From positions 62,001 to 126,000 of IMG/VR virus record IMGVR_UViG_3300023174_000045: a DNA stretch of 64,000 nucleotides; one strand, written 5' to 3'. How positions within the stretch are numbered: the stretch's first letter is position 1; the number at the start of each line of letters is the position of its first letter. The position numbers and the translations under genes are program-made. The notes under the pieces are model-generated. The model had not been told where the DNA came from. It saw only the letters and a program-made list of their open reading frames with translations, and did no database searches. Positions 38,290-48,371 of the stretch are shown here, in pieces.

Positions 38290-39290
38290 AAATAAACGAC
38301 ATTATCACAGAAAACTACAACGGCGAGTATGATGACGAAGCCGGCATGGTACAAGGCAACTTGTACACCATTGCCAAGGCAGCACAAGGCTTGCTGGACA
38401 CCATTGATGATCATGACAACTTGCCTGAGTGGGTGCAAGAAAAGATTGCCAAAGTAGAAGGCATGATGGTCACTGCATGGAATTACTTGCAGAGTCAAGA
38501 AGCACAGGGCATTGATCCCAAAATGTTTGAAGCTGCCAATGCCGCACAACAGGCTGCCATTGCCATCAACATGAAGAAGCATCACAAGAAGCCCAAGCAT
38601 GTAGACGAAAGTTCGGAGTTAGCAGAAGAGTTTGATCTCATTGAATCAATCATTGAACGCCTGGCCAAACACAATGGCGTTGATGCTGAAGTAATCTGGG
38701 CGGATTTAGAAACACTCACAGAAGATGAACTGTATGCTTTTGCTGTGACATCAGAGCCCATTATGGAATCACAAGACATGGCGGAAGGCTCACTAAACGA
38801 ACTCAGTAAAGATACTTTAAAATCTTATGCTAAAAAAGCAGTTCCTGATATGCAAACAAGTCAAAAAAGGTCAGAAATTGAGGCAGGAAAAGCAGCATCA
38901 ACAAAGGACGACAAAACTGCTAAAACGCATTACGATGCTGCAAAACAAGCCAGAGACAGAACAGAAAAAAGAATGGCCGGAATAAGTGGTGCTATTAAAA
39001 GAGTTACCAATCAAGGTATGGCGGAAGATTGGCAAAAGGCCAACAAGCGTGACAAAACAGATGGCATGAGCCGCAAAGCAGTCAACACCTATCGCAGAGA
39101 ACATCCTGGCAGCAAATTGCAAACTGCTGTGACCACCAAGCCCAGCAAGTTAAAGAAGGGCTCAAAGGCGTCAAAGCGTAGAAAAAGTTATTGCAGTCGC
39201 AGTCGTGGACAGATGAAAATGCACAGCATCAGTTGCGCTAAAACTCCTGACAAAGCCATATGCAAAGCACGACGTCGTTGGAACTGCTGA
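38286..39290 (+). CDS. modular putative internal virion protein
   Basis: MKINDIITE N-terminus; xxE linkers; basic C-terminal module ending ARRRWNC. Confidence 0.6.
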   Translation: MKINDIITENYNGEYDDEAGMVQGNLYTIAKAAQGLLDTIDDHDNLPEWVQEKIAKVEGMMVTAWNYLQSQEAQGIDPKMFEAANAAQQAAIAINMKKHHKKPKHVDESSELAEEFDLIESIIERLAKHNGVDAEVIWADLETLTEDELYAFAVTSEPIMESQDMAEGSLNELSKDTLKSYAKKAVPDMQTSQKRSEIEAGKAASTKDDKTAKTHYDAAKQARDRTEKRMAGISGAIKRVTNQGMAEDWQKANKRDKTDGMSRKAVNTYRREHPGSKLQTAVTTKPSKLKKGSKASKRRKSYCSRSRGQMKMHSISCAKTPDKAICKARRRWNC

Positions 39291-39550
39291 TGAGAATTGC
39301 ACTGTTATCATTGCTACTTGTTGGGTGTTCAACTGTGGTACCTGTCACACAGCGGTTTCCTGAAGCACCGGGCAACACGGCAATGACCGCTTGCCCACAA
39401 CTGCAAAAGGTTGCTGAAGATGCCCAACTCAGTGACATCTCAAAAACCATAACTGTAAACTATGGCACCTATTATGAGTGTGCTGTGAAAACAGATGCCT
39501 GGATTGAATGGTATCAAAAACAACAACAAATATTCAACAACATAAAATAA
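39290..39550 (+). CDS. lipoprotein, o-spanin (Rz1)-like candidate
   Basis: Lipobox LVGC; Pro/Cys-containing; adjacent to endolysin. Confidence 0.6.
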   Translation: MRIALLSLLLVGCSTVVPVTQRFPEAPGNTAMTACPQLQKVAEDAQLSDISKTITVNYGTYYECAVKTDAWIEWYQKQQQIFNNIK

Positions 39551-39560
39551 GGAGCCACCT

Positions 39561-40175
39561 ATGGAATTAACAATCAGTCAATTAAAACAAATGGTACCTG
39601 GCATACCCCATGCTGAGCATTGGTATGAAGCCTTGGACCAACTGTTGCCTGACTATGAAATCAACACACCCCATCGCATTGCTGCCTTCATAGCACAGTG
39701 CGCACATGAATCAGGCGGTTTTAAATTCATCAAAGAGAACTTGAACTACAAAGCAGAAAGTCTGCGCAAAATATTTGGCAAGTATTTTCCCACAGACGAA
39801 TTAGCACAGGCCTATGCCAAAAAACCTGAAATGATTGCCAACAGAATCTATGCCAACCGCATGGGCAATGGCGACGAACACTCTGGCGATGGATATCGCT
39901 ACTGTGGACGTGGACTTATCCAGTTAACTGGCCGGAGCAACTATGAAAACTTTGCTGCCAGTTTGGAAATCTCACCAGAAGAAGCTGCCGAATACTTGGC
40001 CACATTTGAAGGTGCCGCACAAAGCGCCTGCTGGTTCTGGGAAAGCAACAATCTAAATGCAGAAGCCGATGCTGGCGACATCAAGAAAATGACCAAGAAA
40101 ATCAATGGCGGTTTTATTGGATTAGAGGATCGTATCAAGCACTACGAACACGCATTACACATTATGGGAGCCTAA
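39561..40175 (+). CDS. GH19 endolysin
   Basis: RIAAFIAQCAHES, ENLNY, GRGLIQLTGR.NY, TKKINGG..GL.DR. Confidence 0.92.
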   Translation: MELTISQLKQMVPGIPHAEHWYEALDQLLPDYEINTPHRIAAFIAQCAHESGGFKFIKENLNYKAESLRKIFGKYFPTDELAQAYAKKPEMIANRIYANRMGNGDEHSGDGYRYCGRGLIQLTGRSNYENFAASLEISPEEAAEYLATFEGAAQSACWFWESNNLNAEADAGDIKKMTKKINGGFIGLEDRIKHYEHALHIMGA

Positions 40176-40176
40176 C

Positions 40177-40716
40177 ATGGCACAAGCAGAAACAAAACCC
40201 TTATCACGTTCAGAACGTGAAGCAGCAATCAAAGACAAAGCAGGCTTAGTGATTGTGATCATGGCCCTGTTCATGGCTGTGACAACTTACTTTTCAAACA
40301 GTTACTCAGGTGCTGTGCTGAAAAACATGCTCAAAGCCACAGACACCTATGCTTTTTATCAAAGCAAAAGTATCAAGCAAAGCATTGCTGAAGGACAACT
40401 GGAACAAACTCAAAACCCTCAACGCCGAGCAGAACTTGAAGCCAAGATTGCTCGCTACGAAAGTGACCCTGCCAAAGGCGAAGGCAAGAAAGAATTGTTG
40501 GCCAAGGCACAGGCCTACGAAGCCGCACGTGATGAGGCTACCCGTCATAGTCCATGGTTGACGTTTGCGTCATTGGCATTTCAACTGGCCATTGTGCTGT
40601 TGAGTGCCAGCATTTTGAGTGTGAACAACACCATGTACCGTATCAGTGAAGTGGTGGCTGTGATTGGCACAGTGTTGTTGAGCCAGGGCATCTGGTTATG
40701 GATACCAGGAGTATAA
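40177..40716 (+). CDS. membrane protein, DUF4337-like
   Basis: TM - YQSKSIKQ coiled region - two TMs. Confidence 0.6.
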   Translation: MAQAETKPLSRSEREAAIKDKAGLVIVIMALFMAVTTYFSNSYSGAVLKNMLKATDTYAFYQSKSIKQSIAEGQLEQTQNPQRRAELEAKIARYESDPAKGEGKKELLAKAQAYEAARDEATRHSPWLTFASLAFQLAIVLLSASILSVNNTMYRISEVVAVIGTVLLSQGIWLWIPGV

Positions 40717-40717
40717 T

Positions 40718-41470
40718 ATGGCATTACCAGGAATAAAAATTGAAGGCGGAATCAGCATTGGCGGCGGTATTTTTATGGGCACTGGCACACCGCCAACACC
40801 GCCCACTACAGGCAGTGTGTTGTTTAACTCCACACCTTCGCAATATCTTTCAGTACCTAACAATGCGGCATTTACACAAAATCAACCGTTCACTATTGAA
40901 ACATGGTTCTACCCAACCGATATCACTGGTGGTTATATTTGGGCAATGCTACAGCCTAACTTTTTGACTGTGGCCTATAGAAGCAGTGGTAAATTTCAGA
41001 TTGACATGAGTTATGTTGGTCTTCCACCAGGTTACTCTACGCTAGACACTACATACCCAATCAACAACTGGTATCACATAGCACTAACATGGGACGGCGC
41101 TATAGGATGTTTGTGGATCAACGGCGGCCAAGAGTCTCAATTTTCTGGTGCGGGCGCAACTGTAGCAGGCGGCAATCCATTCCTTATTGGACAATACCAA
41201 GGTCAAGGTCAACCAACACCCTTGGGCAACTTGTCAAACTTCCGTGTGGTCAAGGGAGTGGCAGTTTACACAGGCCCATTTACTGTGCCCACAGCACCGC
41301 TTGCAACCACACAGAGTGCAGGCACAAACATCTCGGCCATTACAGGTACACAAACTCAACTGTTGTTGAACACTATAAATGATGGAAGCTTCTTGACAGA
41401 CACTTCAGCTAACGCATTTACTGTCACAAACAATGGCAGTGTGACAAGTGCCGCACTAAATCCATTCTAA
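40718..41470 (+). CDS. ConA-like lectin/LamG domain virion protein
   Basis: FTIETWFYP, WYHIALT, LWING, G.LSNFRVVKGVAVY. Confidence 0.8.
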   Translation: MALPGIKIEGGISIGGGIFMGTGTPPTPPTTGSVLFNSTPSQYLSVPNNAAFTQNQPFTIETWFYPTDITGGYIWAMLQPNFLTVAYRSSGKFQIDMSYVGLPPGYSTLDTTYPINNWYHIALTWDGAIGCLWINGGQESQFSGAGATVAGGNPFLIGQYQGQGQPTPLGNLSNFRVVKGVAVYTGPFTVPTAPLATTQSAGTNISAITGTQTQLLLNTINDGSFLTDTSANAFTVTNNGSVTSAALNPF

Positions 41471-41544
41471 TTAACCACTGGTTAATCTAACGCCAAGATC
41501 CGTTAAATACTCTAGCCCCCAGCGTAGGGGCATGAGCAATAACA

Positions 41545-42369
41545 ATGGATCCACTAACACTATTTGCCTTGGCCAACACGGCTGTTGCGGCTGTGAAAAA
41601 AGGATGTCAACTGTACAAGGACATCAAAAGTGCCGCGGGCGATGTAAAAGGCGTACTTAAAGATCTTGACGATCAGTTTCACAAAAAGTACGATGGCAAA
41701 CCACCGCCACCAGCGGCTGTGAAACAACTCAACGAAGAAAAAGCTCGGGTAACTGAACTCAACAAACGCAGTGAAGACAGCACCAATATCTACACAGAGA
41801 TTGGCGATGCCCTGGGAGCCTACTACGACAACTATTTCAAGTGCCTAGCAGTGCTGGAAGACGAAGAGAAACGATCAAAAACTGAAGTGTATTCAGGTGG
41901 TGACAGTCTGGCCAAACGTGCGTTGAAACGTGTGTTGATGCAAAAGCAACTGGAACAAATGGGCAAGGAACTGCGCGAGCTCATGATCTACCAATCACCG
42001 CCCGAACTGGGTGCGTTGTTCACCGAAGTTGAAAGCATGACCAAAGAGCTGGGCAAAGAACAAAAAGTGCTCATGGCTCGTGAACTTGAACGAGCCCATC
42101 GCAAACGCCAACGCATGCAGAAATATCAATTTGAAATTGCCCTGGGCATTGGTGCCATTGTGGTAATATTTGTGATGATGGGCATGTTCATGTACATTGC
42201 CTACGATGCACAACGCCGTTGGGGCGGTGTAACTGACACCAGATACAGAGACACACTAGCGGCAGTGCAAAAACAAGAGTGGTTTGAGCGCCAACAAAGA
42301 CTGCAAGAATACCAAGATTTCTTGGAACAACGTCGACGCCGGGACAAGCAAGATGAATCCAGTAACTAA
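41545..42369 (+). CDS. coiled-coil membrane protein
   Basis: After TAAATA (41504); single C-proximal TM. Confidence 0.75.
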   Translation: MDPLTLFALANTAVAAVKKGCQLYKDIKSAAGDVKGVLKDLDDQFHKKYDGKPPPPAAVKQLNEEKARVTELNKRSEDSTNIYTEIGDALGAYYDNYFKCLAVLEDEEKRSKTEVYSGGDSLAKRALKRVLMQKQLEQMGKELRELMIYQSPPELGALFTEVESMTKELGKEQKVLMARELERAHRKRQRMQKYQFEIALGIGAIVVIFVMMGMFMYIAYDAQRRWGGVTDTRYRDTLAAVQKQEWFERQQRLQEYQDFLEQRRRRDKQDESSN

Positions 42370-42688
42370 GACCTTGTTGTTGACCATGGGCACAATACTT
42401 GCCATGGTTGCAGTACCTGCGGTGCTGATCATATTCCATGTGTACTTGAATGCATTTTTTGCCATTGTGCTGGTGCTGACTTGTTTTGTGCTGTTTGCCT
42501 ATTACACCTATCAAGAGTTTCTGCCAGAGTTTCAACAGGCACAGCTGGAAGAAGAGCAAATCATGCATAGGTTTGCAGGTGATCCTGAAAAAATAAAATT
42601 CTACCGTGGATTCAAAAAACACTTCGACGGGGATTTAAATTTAGACGAGTTAAAACAGTGGTTGATTGACCATCCTAGAAAACATTAA
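42353..42688 (+). CDS. two-TM membrane protein
   Basis: Hydrophobic N-half. Confidence 0.65.
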   Translation: MNPVTKTLLLTMGTILAMVAVPAVLIIFHVYLNAFFAIVLVLTCFVLFAYYTYQEFLPEFQQAQLEEEQIMHRFAGDPEKIKFYRGFKKHFDGDLNLDELKQWLIDHPRKH

Positions 42689-42828
42689 CGACGAACATAA
42701 AACCACACAGCACTCAATACTATGGCAGAGATAACCAGGAACATGCCGAACACTGACACAAGAAACAACCAAGGACGTTTTACCGTGGAAAGATATTCGT
42801 ACAATTGATCAATGGTAGATTGGGCCAT
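42685..42828 (-). CDS. small single-TM protein, 47 aa (not in ORF track)
   Basis: MAQSTIDQLYEYLSTVKRPWLFLVSVFGMFLVISAIVLSAVWFYVRR; minus-strand TAAATA at 42839-42834. Confidence 0.6.
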   Translation of the reverse strand: MAQSTIDQLYEYLSTVKRPWLFLVSVFGMFLVISAIVLSAVWFYVRR

Positions 42829-42912
42829 GTTATTATTTAAAGAAGTGCGGCTTAAATATTACACAGCAGTTATCTTGGCCCGAACTACATAAATATTCAA
42901 AAGGAGCCCACT

Positions 42913-43335
42913 ATGGCAGAACAACAACAACCAGAAAAGAAAGACGAAGATTGGATGCAGAAGAAATGGCGTCCAGCCATGGGATGGATGTACATGGGCA
43001 TCTGTACCTTGGACATGGCAGTGTTCCCAGTGCTGTGGTCAGTGTTGCAAGTGATTCAACACACCACGATCACTCAATGGCAACCACTCACACTGCAAGG
43101 CGCTGGCCTATTCCACGTGGCCATGGGTGCTGTGTTGGGTATTGCCGCATTTGGTCGCACACAAGAAAAGATTGCAGGGGCCGCACAAAACCCTGCACCC
43201 ACAGCATCAGGTACACCGTTGCCAGCACCGGCCCCAGTCCCTGTGGCGGCATCTGCACCAGCTGCGTCCACAGCAGTTACCACAGGCTTTGGCGGTAAGA
43301 AAGCACCACCTGAGCCTGCGTTCCCAGAAATCTAA
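42913..43335 (+). CDS. holin-like protein (GTA 3TM holin type)
   Basis: W..KWRPAMGW.Y ... LGIAAFGRTQEK. Confidence 0.7.
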   Translation: MAEQQQPEKKDEDWMQKKWRPAMGWMYMGICTLDMAVFPVLWSVLQVIQHTTITQWQPLTLQGAGLFHVAMGAVLGIAAFGRTQEKIAGAAQNPAPTASGTPLPAPAPVPVAASAPAASTAVTTGFGGKKAPPEPAFPEI

Positions 43336-43345
43336 AAGGATCAAA

Positions 43346-43549
43346 ATGAAAAAACTAATCACACTCGTATTAATTTCAGCAATGAGCATGTCGGTGTATG
43401 CAGAAGCCGAAGTCAAAGAAGTTTGCAAAGACAAAAAAGACAAAGCAGGCAAAGTAGTCGTAGACAAAGCAGGCAAGGCCAAACAAGAATGTAAAAAGAT
43501 CAAAGTACATAAGAAACTCGAAGGCACCAAAGTTCCTGAAAAGAAATAA
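43346..43549 (+). CDS. small secreted Lys-rich protein
   Basis: Sec signal MKKLITLVLISAMSMSVYA; two Cys. Confidence 0.65.
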   Translation: MKKLITLVLISAMSMSVYAEAEVKEVCKDKKDKAGKVVVDKAGKAKQECKKIKVHKKLEGTKVPEKK

Positions 43550-43593
43550 TTGACAAGCAACCCTGGGTCCTGTATAATTAAACATACAGGACC
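43550..43593 (+). promoter_or_regulatory. sigma70 promoter overlapped by a 10-bp inverted repeat
   Basis: TTGACA(43550)-N17-TATAAT(43573); GGTCCTGTAT-N8-ATACAGGACC. Confidence 0.75.
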
Positions 43594-43599
43594 TTTCTT

Positions 43600-44373
43600 A
43601 TGACCGACTACTACGCCACACTAGGTGTGCCCCGAACTGCCACTGCTGACGAAATCAAACGGGCATTTCGTCGATTGGCCAGCCAGCATCATCCGGACAA
43701 AGGCGGCGATACTCAAAAGTTTCAGGCCATTCAAGAAGCCTATGCCACACTGGGCGACGAACAAAAACGTGCCGAATACAACAATCCCAGGCCACAGTTT
43801 TCAGGATTCAATGGCAGTGTCAACATCAATGACATATTCAACATGTTTGGGCATGGACACGGGTTTGCTCAACAGCCACGGCCACGCAGTCATGTGAGAA
43901 TGACCTTGACCATTACATTGAATGACGTGGCCACAGGTGGCAAACGCACTGTGAGCCTGGGCACAGCACAAGGCATAAGTGCTGTGGAAATTGAAATACC
44001 CATAGGCATCAATGACGGAGACAATGTGCATTATGAAGGCATCGGTCCCGGTGGCTCAGATCTTGTGGTACAGTATCGAGTTCAACCAGACCGAGTTTGG
44101 CAACGTCAGGATCTCAATTTAATTACTGAAACACGAGTGAGCATTTGGGATATAATATTGGGAACCGAATTGCACATTACCACAATTACCGGCAGTGTTT
44201 TGAGTGCCAATATACCTCCCAGAAGTCAACCCGGTGTGACCTTGAGACTGCGAGGAAGAGGATTGACCAACCGAAATGGCAACACTGGTGACATCATGGT
44301 GCGAGTGCAGGCCTTTGTGCCAGATTCCGTCGCACCCGAATTGCTGGCAGCTATTCAAGCACACCACAAATAA
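43600..44373 (+). CDS. DnaJ/CbpA-type chaperone
   Basis: J domain (YYATLGV, HPDKGG, AY.TL) plus DnaJ_C; no zinc finger. Confidence 0.92.
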   Translation: MTDYYATLGVPRTATADEIKRAFRRLASQHHPDKGGDTQKFQAIQEAYATLGDEQKRAEYNNPRPQFSGFNGSVNINDIFNMFGHGHGFAQQPRPRSHVRMTLTITLNDVATGGKRTVSLGTAQGISAVEIEIPIGINDGDNVHYEGIGPGGSDLVVQYRVQPDRVWQRQDLNLITETRVSIWDIILGTELHITTITGSVLSANIPPRSQPGVTLRLRGRGLTNRNGNTGDIMVRVQAFVPDSVAPELLAAIQAHHK

Positions 44374-44449
44374 ATATTTTGGCACAGTCAAGGTTGCACC
44401 CAATAACAAAATAGCATATAATAAACCATAGGACAACTCAAGGACCCAC

Positions 44450-46702
44450 ATGCAAAACAATCCCGAAATTGAACACATTGTAGATCAAGCAGTGAAAATT
44501 GCTCGAGACAAACATCACGAATATGTCATAACTGAACACTTGTTGTTGAGTCTGATCAGGCATGCACCGTTCCGTAAAACCTTGGACAATTTTGGTGTGG
44601 AAGTTGATCAAATGGATCAAGAGGTTGATGTGTATCTTGACAGTTTGAAAAACTTGGTCAAGCCCGGTGAAGAAGTGCAACCACGCAAAACACAAACCTT
44701 GGAACGCCTGTTCAATCGTGCCAATGTGCAGGTCATGTTCACAGGACGCAGAACACTGACCACCTTGGATTTGTACTTGAGCATCATGGCCGAAACCAAC
44801 AGCCATGCACACTACTTCTTGCTGAAATATGGCGTGAAGAAAACTGAGTTTTCAGAATTCTACGGCAAAAATTATCATGCCGGTGAAACCAAAATGAATC
44901 CAGTGCAGGCCAACGAAATACTCACTGAGTACTGCACCAACTTGACAGCCTTGGCACAAGCAGACAAACTGGAACCCTTGATCGGGCGTCAAACAGAACT
45001 GCACGAAATGATCACTGTGATGGCTCGACGCTTCAAGGCCAATGTGCTCATGGTAGGCGATCCTGGCGTAGGCAAGACCTGCATTGTGGACGGCTTGGCA
45101 CAGGAAATTGTGGCTGGACGTGTGCCCAAGTTCATACAAAATCATGAAGTATGGGGACTAGAAGTTGGAAGTTTGCTGGCAGGATCAAAGTACCGCGGGG
45201 AGTTTGAAGAAAAATTCAAGGCTGTGATTGCTGCCTTGGAAACCAAAAAAAACTGTATCCTGTTCATTGACGAAGCACACACCATGAAAGGTGCCGGTGC
45301 CGGAAGCCAAAGTTCATTAGACTTTGCCAACATGCTAAAGCCTGCAATCACCAAAGGCAACTTGAAAGTGATTGCGTCAACAACATGGGAAGAGTATTAC
45401 GAATCATTCGAAAAGGATCGTGCGTTGATGCGCAGGTTCTATCGTATTTCAATTGATGAGCCAGATACAGAAACCACAGAAAAGATTCTCATTGGCCTAA
45501 GCCCAAGACTGGAAAAGTTCCATGATGTGCTAATTGACACAGAAGCAATGATGGCTGCTGTGGAACTGGCCAATCGCTACATACACGATCGTAAAAATCC
45601 TGACAAAGCCATTGACTTGTTGGATGCAAGTTGCGCACGTGAACGTGTGAAAGATCAAGGTACCATCACAGTCACCAAAGAAATGATTCAAGCACAGGTG
45701 TCACGTGTGGCAGGTGTGCCTGTGGATCGCTTGCAAAATGAACGATCGGCAAAGATTGTGGATTTGGAAAGCAATATCAAACAGAAGTTATACGGACAGG
45801 ATAGTGCTGTGGATGCGGTGTTAGAACGTGTGTACATCAACTTTGCCGGCATTGGCAATGCCCGACGTCCTATCTCAAGTTTCTTGTTCTTAGGCCCAAC
45901 AGGTACAGGTAAAACTGAACTGGCCAAACTGTTGAGTGACAACTTGGAAATGAAACTGTTGCGATATGACATGAGTGAGTATCAGGAAAAGCACACAGTA
46001 TCAAGCCTGATTGGTGCGCCTCCTGGTTATGTGGGCTTTGAAGATGGCAACATAGGCGGTGGTAAACTGATCAGTGACATCAGCAAGAATCCCTATGCTA
46101 TCATCTTGTTTGACGAGATTGAAAAAGCACACAGTGATGTCACCAACATCCTGTTGCAAATGCTGGACGAAGGACACATTACGTCAGCCAATGGCAAACG
46201 AGTAGACGTCAAGAACTGCATCATTATCATGACGTCCAACTTGGGGGCTCAAGCCAATGATGCCAACAACATTGGCTTTGGTAGCCTGGAAAAGACCGGT
46301 GAAGAAGATCGTGCCATGAAAGAGTTCTTCCGTCCAGAACTGCGCAATCGTATTGATCGTATCTGCAAGTTCAACAAACTAGACACATTGGCCATCAAGA
46401 AAATTGTGGTGAAGTTTGTGGATGAACTCAAAGCCAGCATGACTGACAAGAACATTCGTCTAGTATTGACTGAGCCTGTGATTGACCACTTGGCTGACAA
46501 AGGCTACGACAGCAAAATGGGCGCACGTCCTTTATCACGCAAGATCGACGAGTTGATCCGTGTTCCACTCAGCAAAAAGATCTTGTTTGATCGACTAGAA
46601 AACTGCGTGATCACAGCAGTGATGGCAACGGATGTTGTGGAATTTGAAATTGAACTAGACAAAGTGAGCACGGTAAATGCCGACGGAATCATTGTTGTAT
46701 AA
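44450..46702 (+). CDS. clpA: ATP-dependent Clp protease ATP-binding subunit (ClpA-like)
   Basis: Clp N domain; GDPGVGKT, LFIDEAH; GPTGTGKTE, DMSEYQEKH, GAPPGYVG, FRPE..NR, GARPL. Confidence 0.92.
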   Translation: MQNNPEIEHIVDQAVKIARDKHHEYVITEHLLLSLIRHAPFRKTLDNFGVEVDQMDQEVDVYLDSLKNLVKPGEEVQPRKTQTLERLFNRANVQVMFTGRRTLTTLDLYLSIMAETNSHAHYFLLKYGVKKTEFSEFYGKNYHAGETKMNPVQANEILTEYCTNLTALAQADKLEPLIGRQTELHEMITVMARRFKANVLMVGDPGVGKTCIVDGLAQEIVAGRVPKFIQNHEVWGLEVGSLLAGSKYRGEFEEKFKAVIAALETKKNCILFIDEAHTMKGAGAGSQSSLDFANMLKPAITKGNLKVIASTTWEEYYESFEKDRALMRRFYRISIDEPDTETTEKILIGLSPRLEKFHDVLIDTEAMMAAVELANRYIHDRKNPDKAIDLLDASCARERVKDQGTITVTKEMIQAQVSRVAGVPVDRLQNERSAKIVDLESNIKQKLYGQDSAVDAVLERVYINFAGIGNARRPISSFLFLGPTGTGKTELAKLLSDNLEMKLLRYDMSEYQEKHTVSSLIGAPPGYVGFEDGNIGGGKLISDISKNPYAIILFDEIEKAHSDVTNILLQMLDEGHITSANGKRVDVKNCIIIMTSNLGAQANDANNIGFGSLEKTGEEDRAMKEFFRPELRNRIDRICKFNKLDTLAIKKIVVKFVDELKASMTDKNIRLVLTEPVIDHLADKGYDSKMGARPLSRKIDELIRVPLSKKILFDRLENCVITAVMATDVVEFEIELDKVSTVNADGIIVV

Positions 46703-47372
46703 AGTCGAAACAGACGATCGTAGCAGTCTATACTACAATCAGTATGAGTGGTGCATAACCATCAACATTTCTGAGGCCAGTTGCTTGCGATACTTGGAAA
46801 CTGTGAGATTTGAAGCGGCTGTTCGCAATGCCAAGTACTGGGCCGAAAATGATCGGTGGACAGACCGAGCATGGAGCATGACCAAAGAAACTGCCCTGCG
46901 CGAAACTCGAGATTTGCTGTTGAACGAAACTGCGCCATTCAAAACTGTGGTCAGTTTCAACACTGTGTGCATATACACCAACAATAGACGCATGGCTGAT
47001 CGACTGATTGATCTAGACAACGATGGAGTTCGAGTGCGCCTGGTGCGACAAGCAGTACTTACTCGACCTGCTAATGTGGTTCAACTGCGTGAATCAAAAT
47101 ATGCGTATAGAACTTATTTCAAAGAACGCAAATACAGTCGAGAACAACGGCTCATGCTGGCCAATTTTTTGAACTCAAGAAAAGACACACTGCATCCTTG
47201 TGAATCATTGATGTCGTGGTTGACCGGTCAGTTTCCTGGTTATGTGTTAAATCTCAACTACTCTCGAGCCCATTATTTTGTGGATCATGATCACCCCAAC
47301 GAAGGCACCATGCTGAGCCTGGTGATGCCGGGCATTGTAAGAAAGACCATGCCCATAGAAACGACTAAATAA
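46677..47372 (+). CDS. hypothetical protein
   Basis: 231-aa ORF. Confidence 0.7.
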   Translation: MPTESLLYKVETDDRSSLYYNQYEWCITINISEASCLRYLETVRFEAAVRNAKYWAENDRWTDRAWSMTKETALRETRDLLLNETAPFKTVVSFNTVCIYTNNRRMADRLIDLDNDGVRVRLVRQAVLTRPANVVQLRESKYAYRTYFKERKYSREQRLMLANFLNSRKDTLHPCESLMSWLTGQFPGYVLNLNYSRAHYFVDHDHPNEGTMLSLVMPGIVRKTMPIETTK

Positions 47373-47378
47373 TTGACT

Positions 47379-47543
47379 ATGGCAAAAATTCAGGAAGAAG
47401 TAGTTGTGATCAAACTCTCAAAATTGATCCGAGATACCGATGCTGGCAGCGAAATTGCTACCACAGACATCGTTGCCGCCTTGCAATCAGTGGCTGAAGA
47501 GCTTGCTGGTGCAGGTGTTGTTGTGGAAGCGGACAAGGCTTAA
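47379..47543 (+). CDS. small hypothetical protein, 54 aa (not in ORF track)
   Basis: MAKIQEEVVVIKLSKL...EADKA after TAAATA (47366); TAATG-coupled to next gene. Confidence 0.7.
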   Translation: MAKIQEEVVVIKLSKLIRDTDAGSEIATTDIVAALQSVAEELAGAGVVVEADKA

Positions 47544-47905
47544 TGACCACGCAAACCATTCTTGATACCACTGAATATGGTGTGCCTTCGGGCAACTATG
47601 ACGGTTCTAGTCAAGACTGGTCCAGTGATCCTGTGACTGCGGCCAACTACTATCGCGGGCGCGGCAGTGTGCAAACTGTGTTTTTCTCTGTGGACGCATT
47701 TGAAGGTGACATGTACCTGGAAGCCTGCTTGGATCAAGATCCTGCTGAGGCCAATTGGTTTACCACATACGTCTATGGTGATGGCAGTACTATTCCACTC
47801 ACAGACTATCACCCTGCATCCGTAACAGGTAACTTTACCTGGATGCGTTTACGTATAGCCGGATTCAGCGGCGGTATTATCAATTCTGTGACAATCACCT
47901 ACTGA
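47543..47905 (+). CDS. hypothetical beta-rich (possibly structural) protein
   Basis: 120-aa ORF. Confidence 0.7.
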   Translation: MTTQTILDTTEYGVPSGNYDGSSQDWSSDPVTAANYYRGRGSVQTVFFSVDAFEGDMYLEACLDQDPAEANWFTTYVYGDGSTIPLTDYHPASVTGNFTWMRLRIAGFSGGIINSVTITY

Positions 47906-47921
47906 CATTTTAGGATAAAAA

Positions 47922-48356
47922 TTGGAAACTGTGCAAATTTCATTTGATGTGGAAACGTCTGACGCCGAGTGTCCACTGAGTGTTCAAATTTGGCTGAATG
48001 ATTCTTTGTTGCTGGACAACGCCCATGTAAAAGAAAAGATTGCATTTGTTCACGACATGAGCGATGATGATGGCAAACATCAATTGCGCATTGTGATTTC
48101 AGGCAAAACACCAGATCATACCAAAGTTGACGACAACGGCAATATTATCAAAGATGCCACTTTGCAACTGTCTGCTGTGACCATTGACGGCATTGACGTA
48201 AATCAGTTGTTTTTAGACAGGTGTGTTTACACACATGATTTCAACGGCACACAACCCAAAATTGCTGACACATTTCACAGTGTTGCAGGTTGTAATGGCA
48301 CTATTGTGTTTGAATTTACCACTCCCATTTACCTGTGGTTGTTGGAAAACATGTAA
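47922..48356 (+). CDS. hypothetical protein
   Basis: TTG start after AGGA. Confidence 0.65.
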   Translation: METVQISFDVETSDAECPLSVQIWLNDSLLLDNAHVKEKIAFVHDMSDDDGKHQLRIVISGKTPDHTKVDDNGNIIKDATLQLSAVTIDGIDVNQLFLDRCVYTHDFNGTQPKIADTFHSVAGCNGTIVFEFTTPIYLWLLENM

Positions 48357-48371
48357 CCATAAATACAGGGT

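Noticed and set aside
43566-43593. CIRCE heat-shock operator upstream of dnaJ
   Set aside because: Arms do not match TTAGCACTC-N9-GAGTGCTAA.
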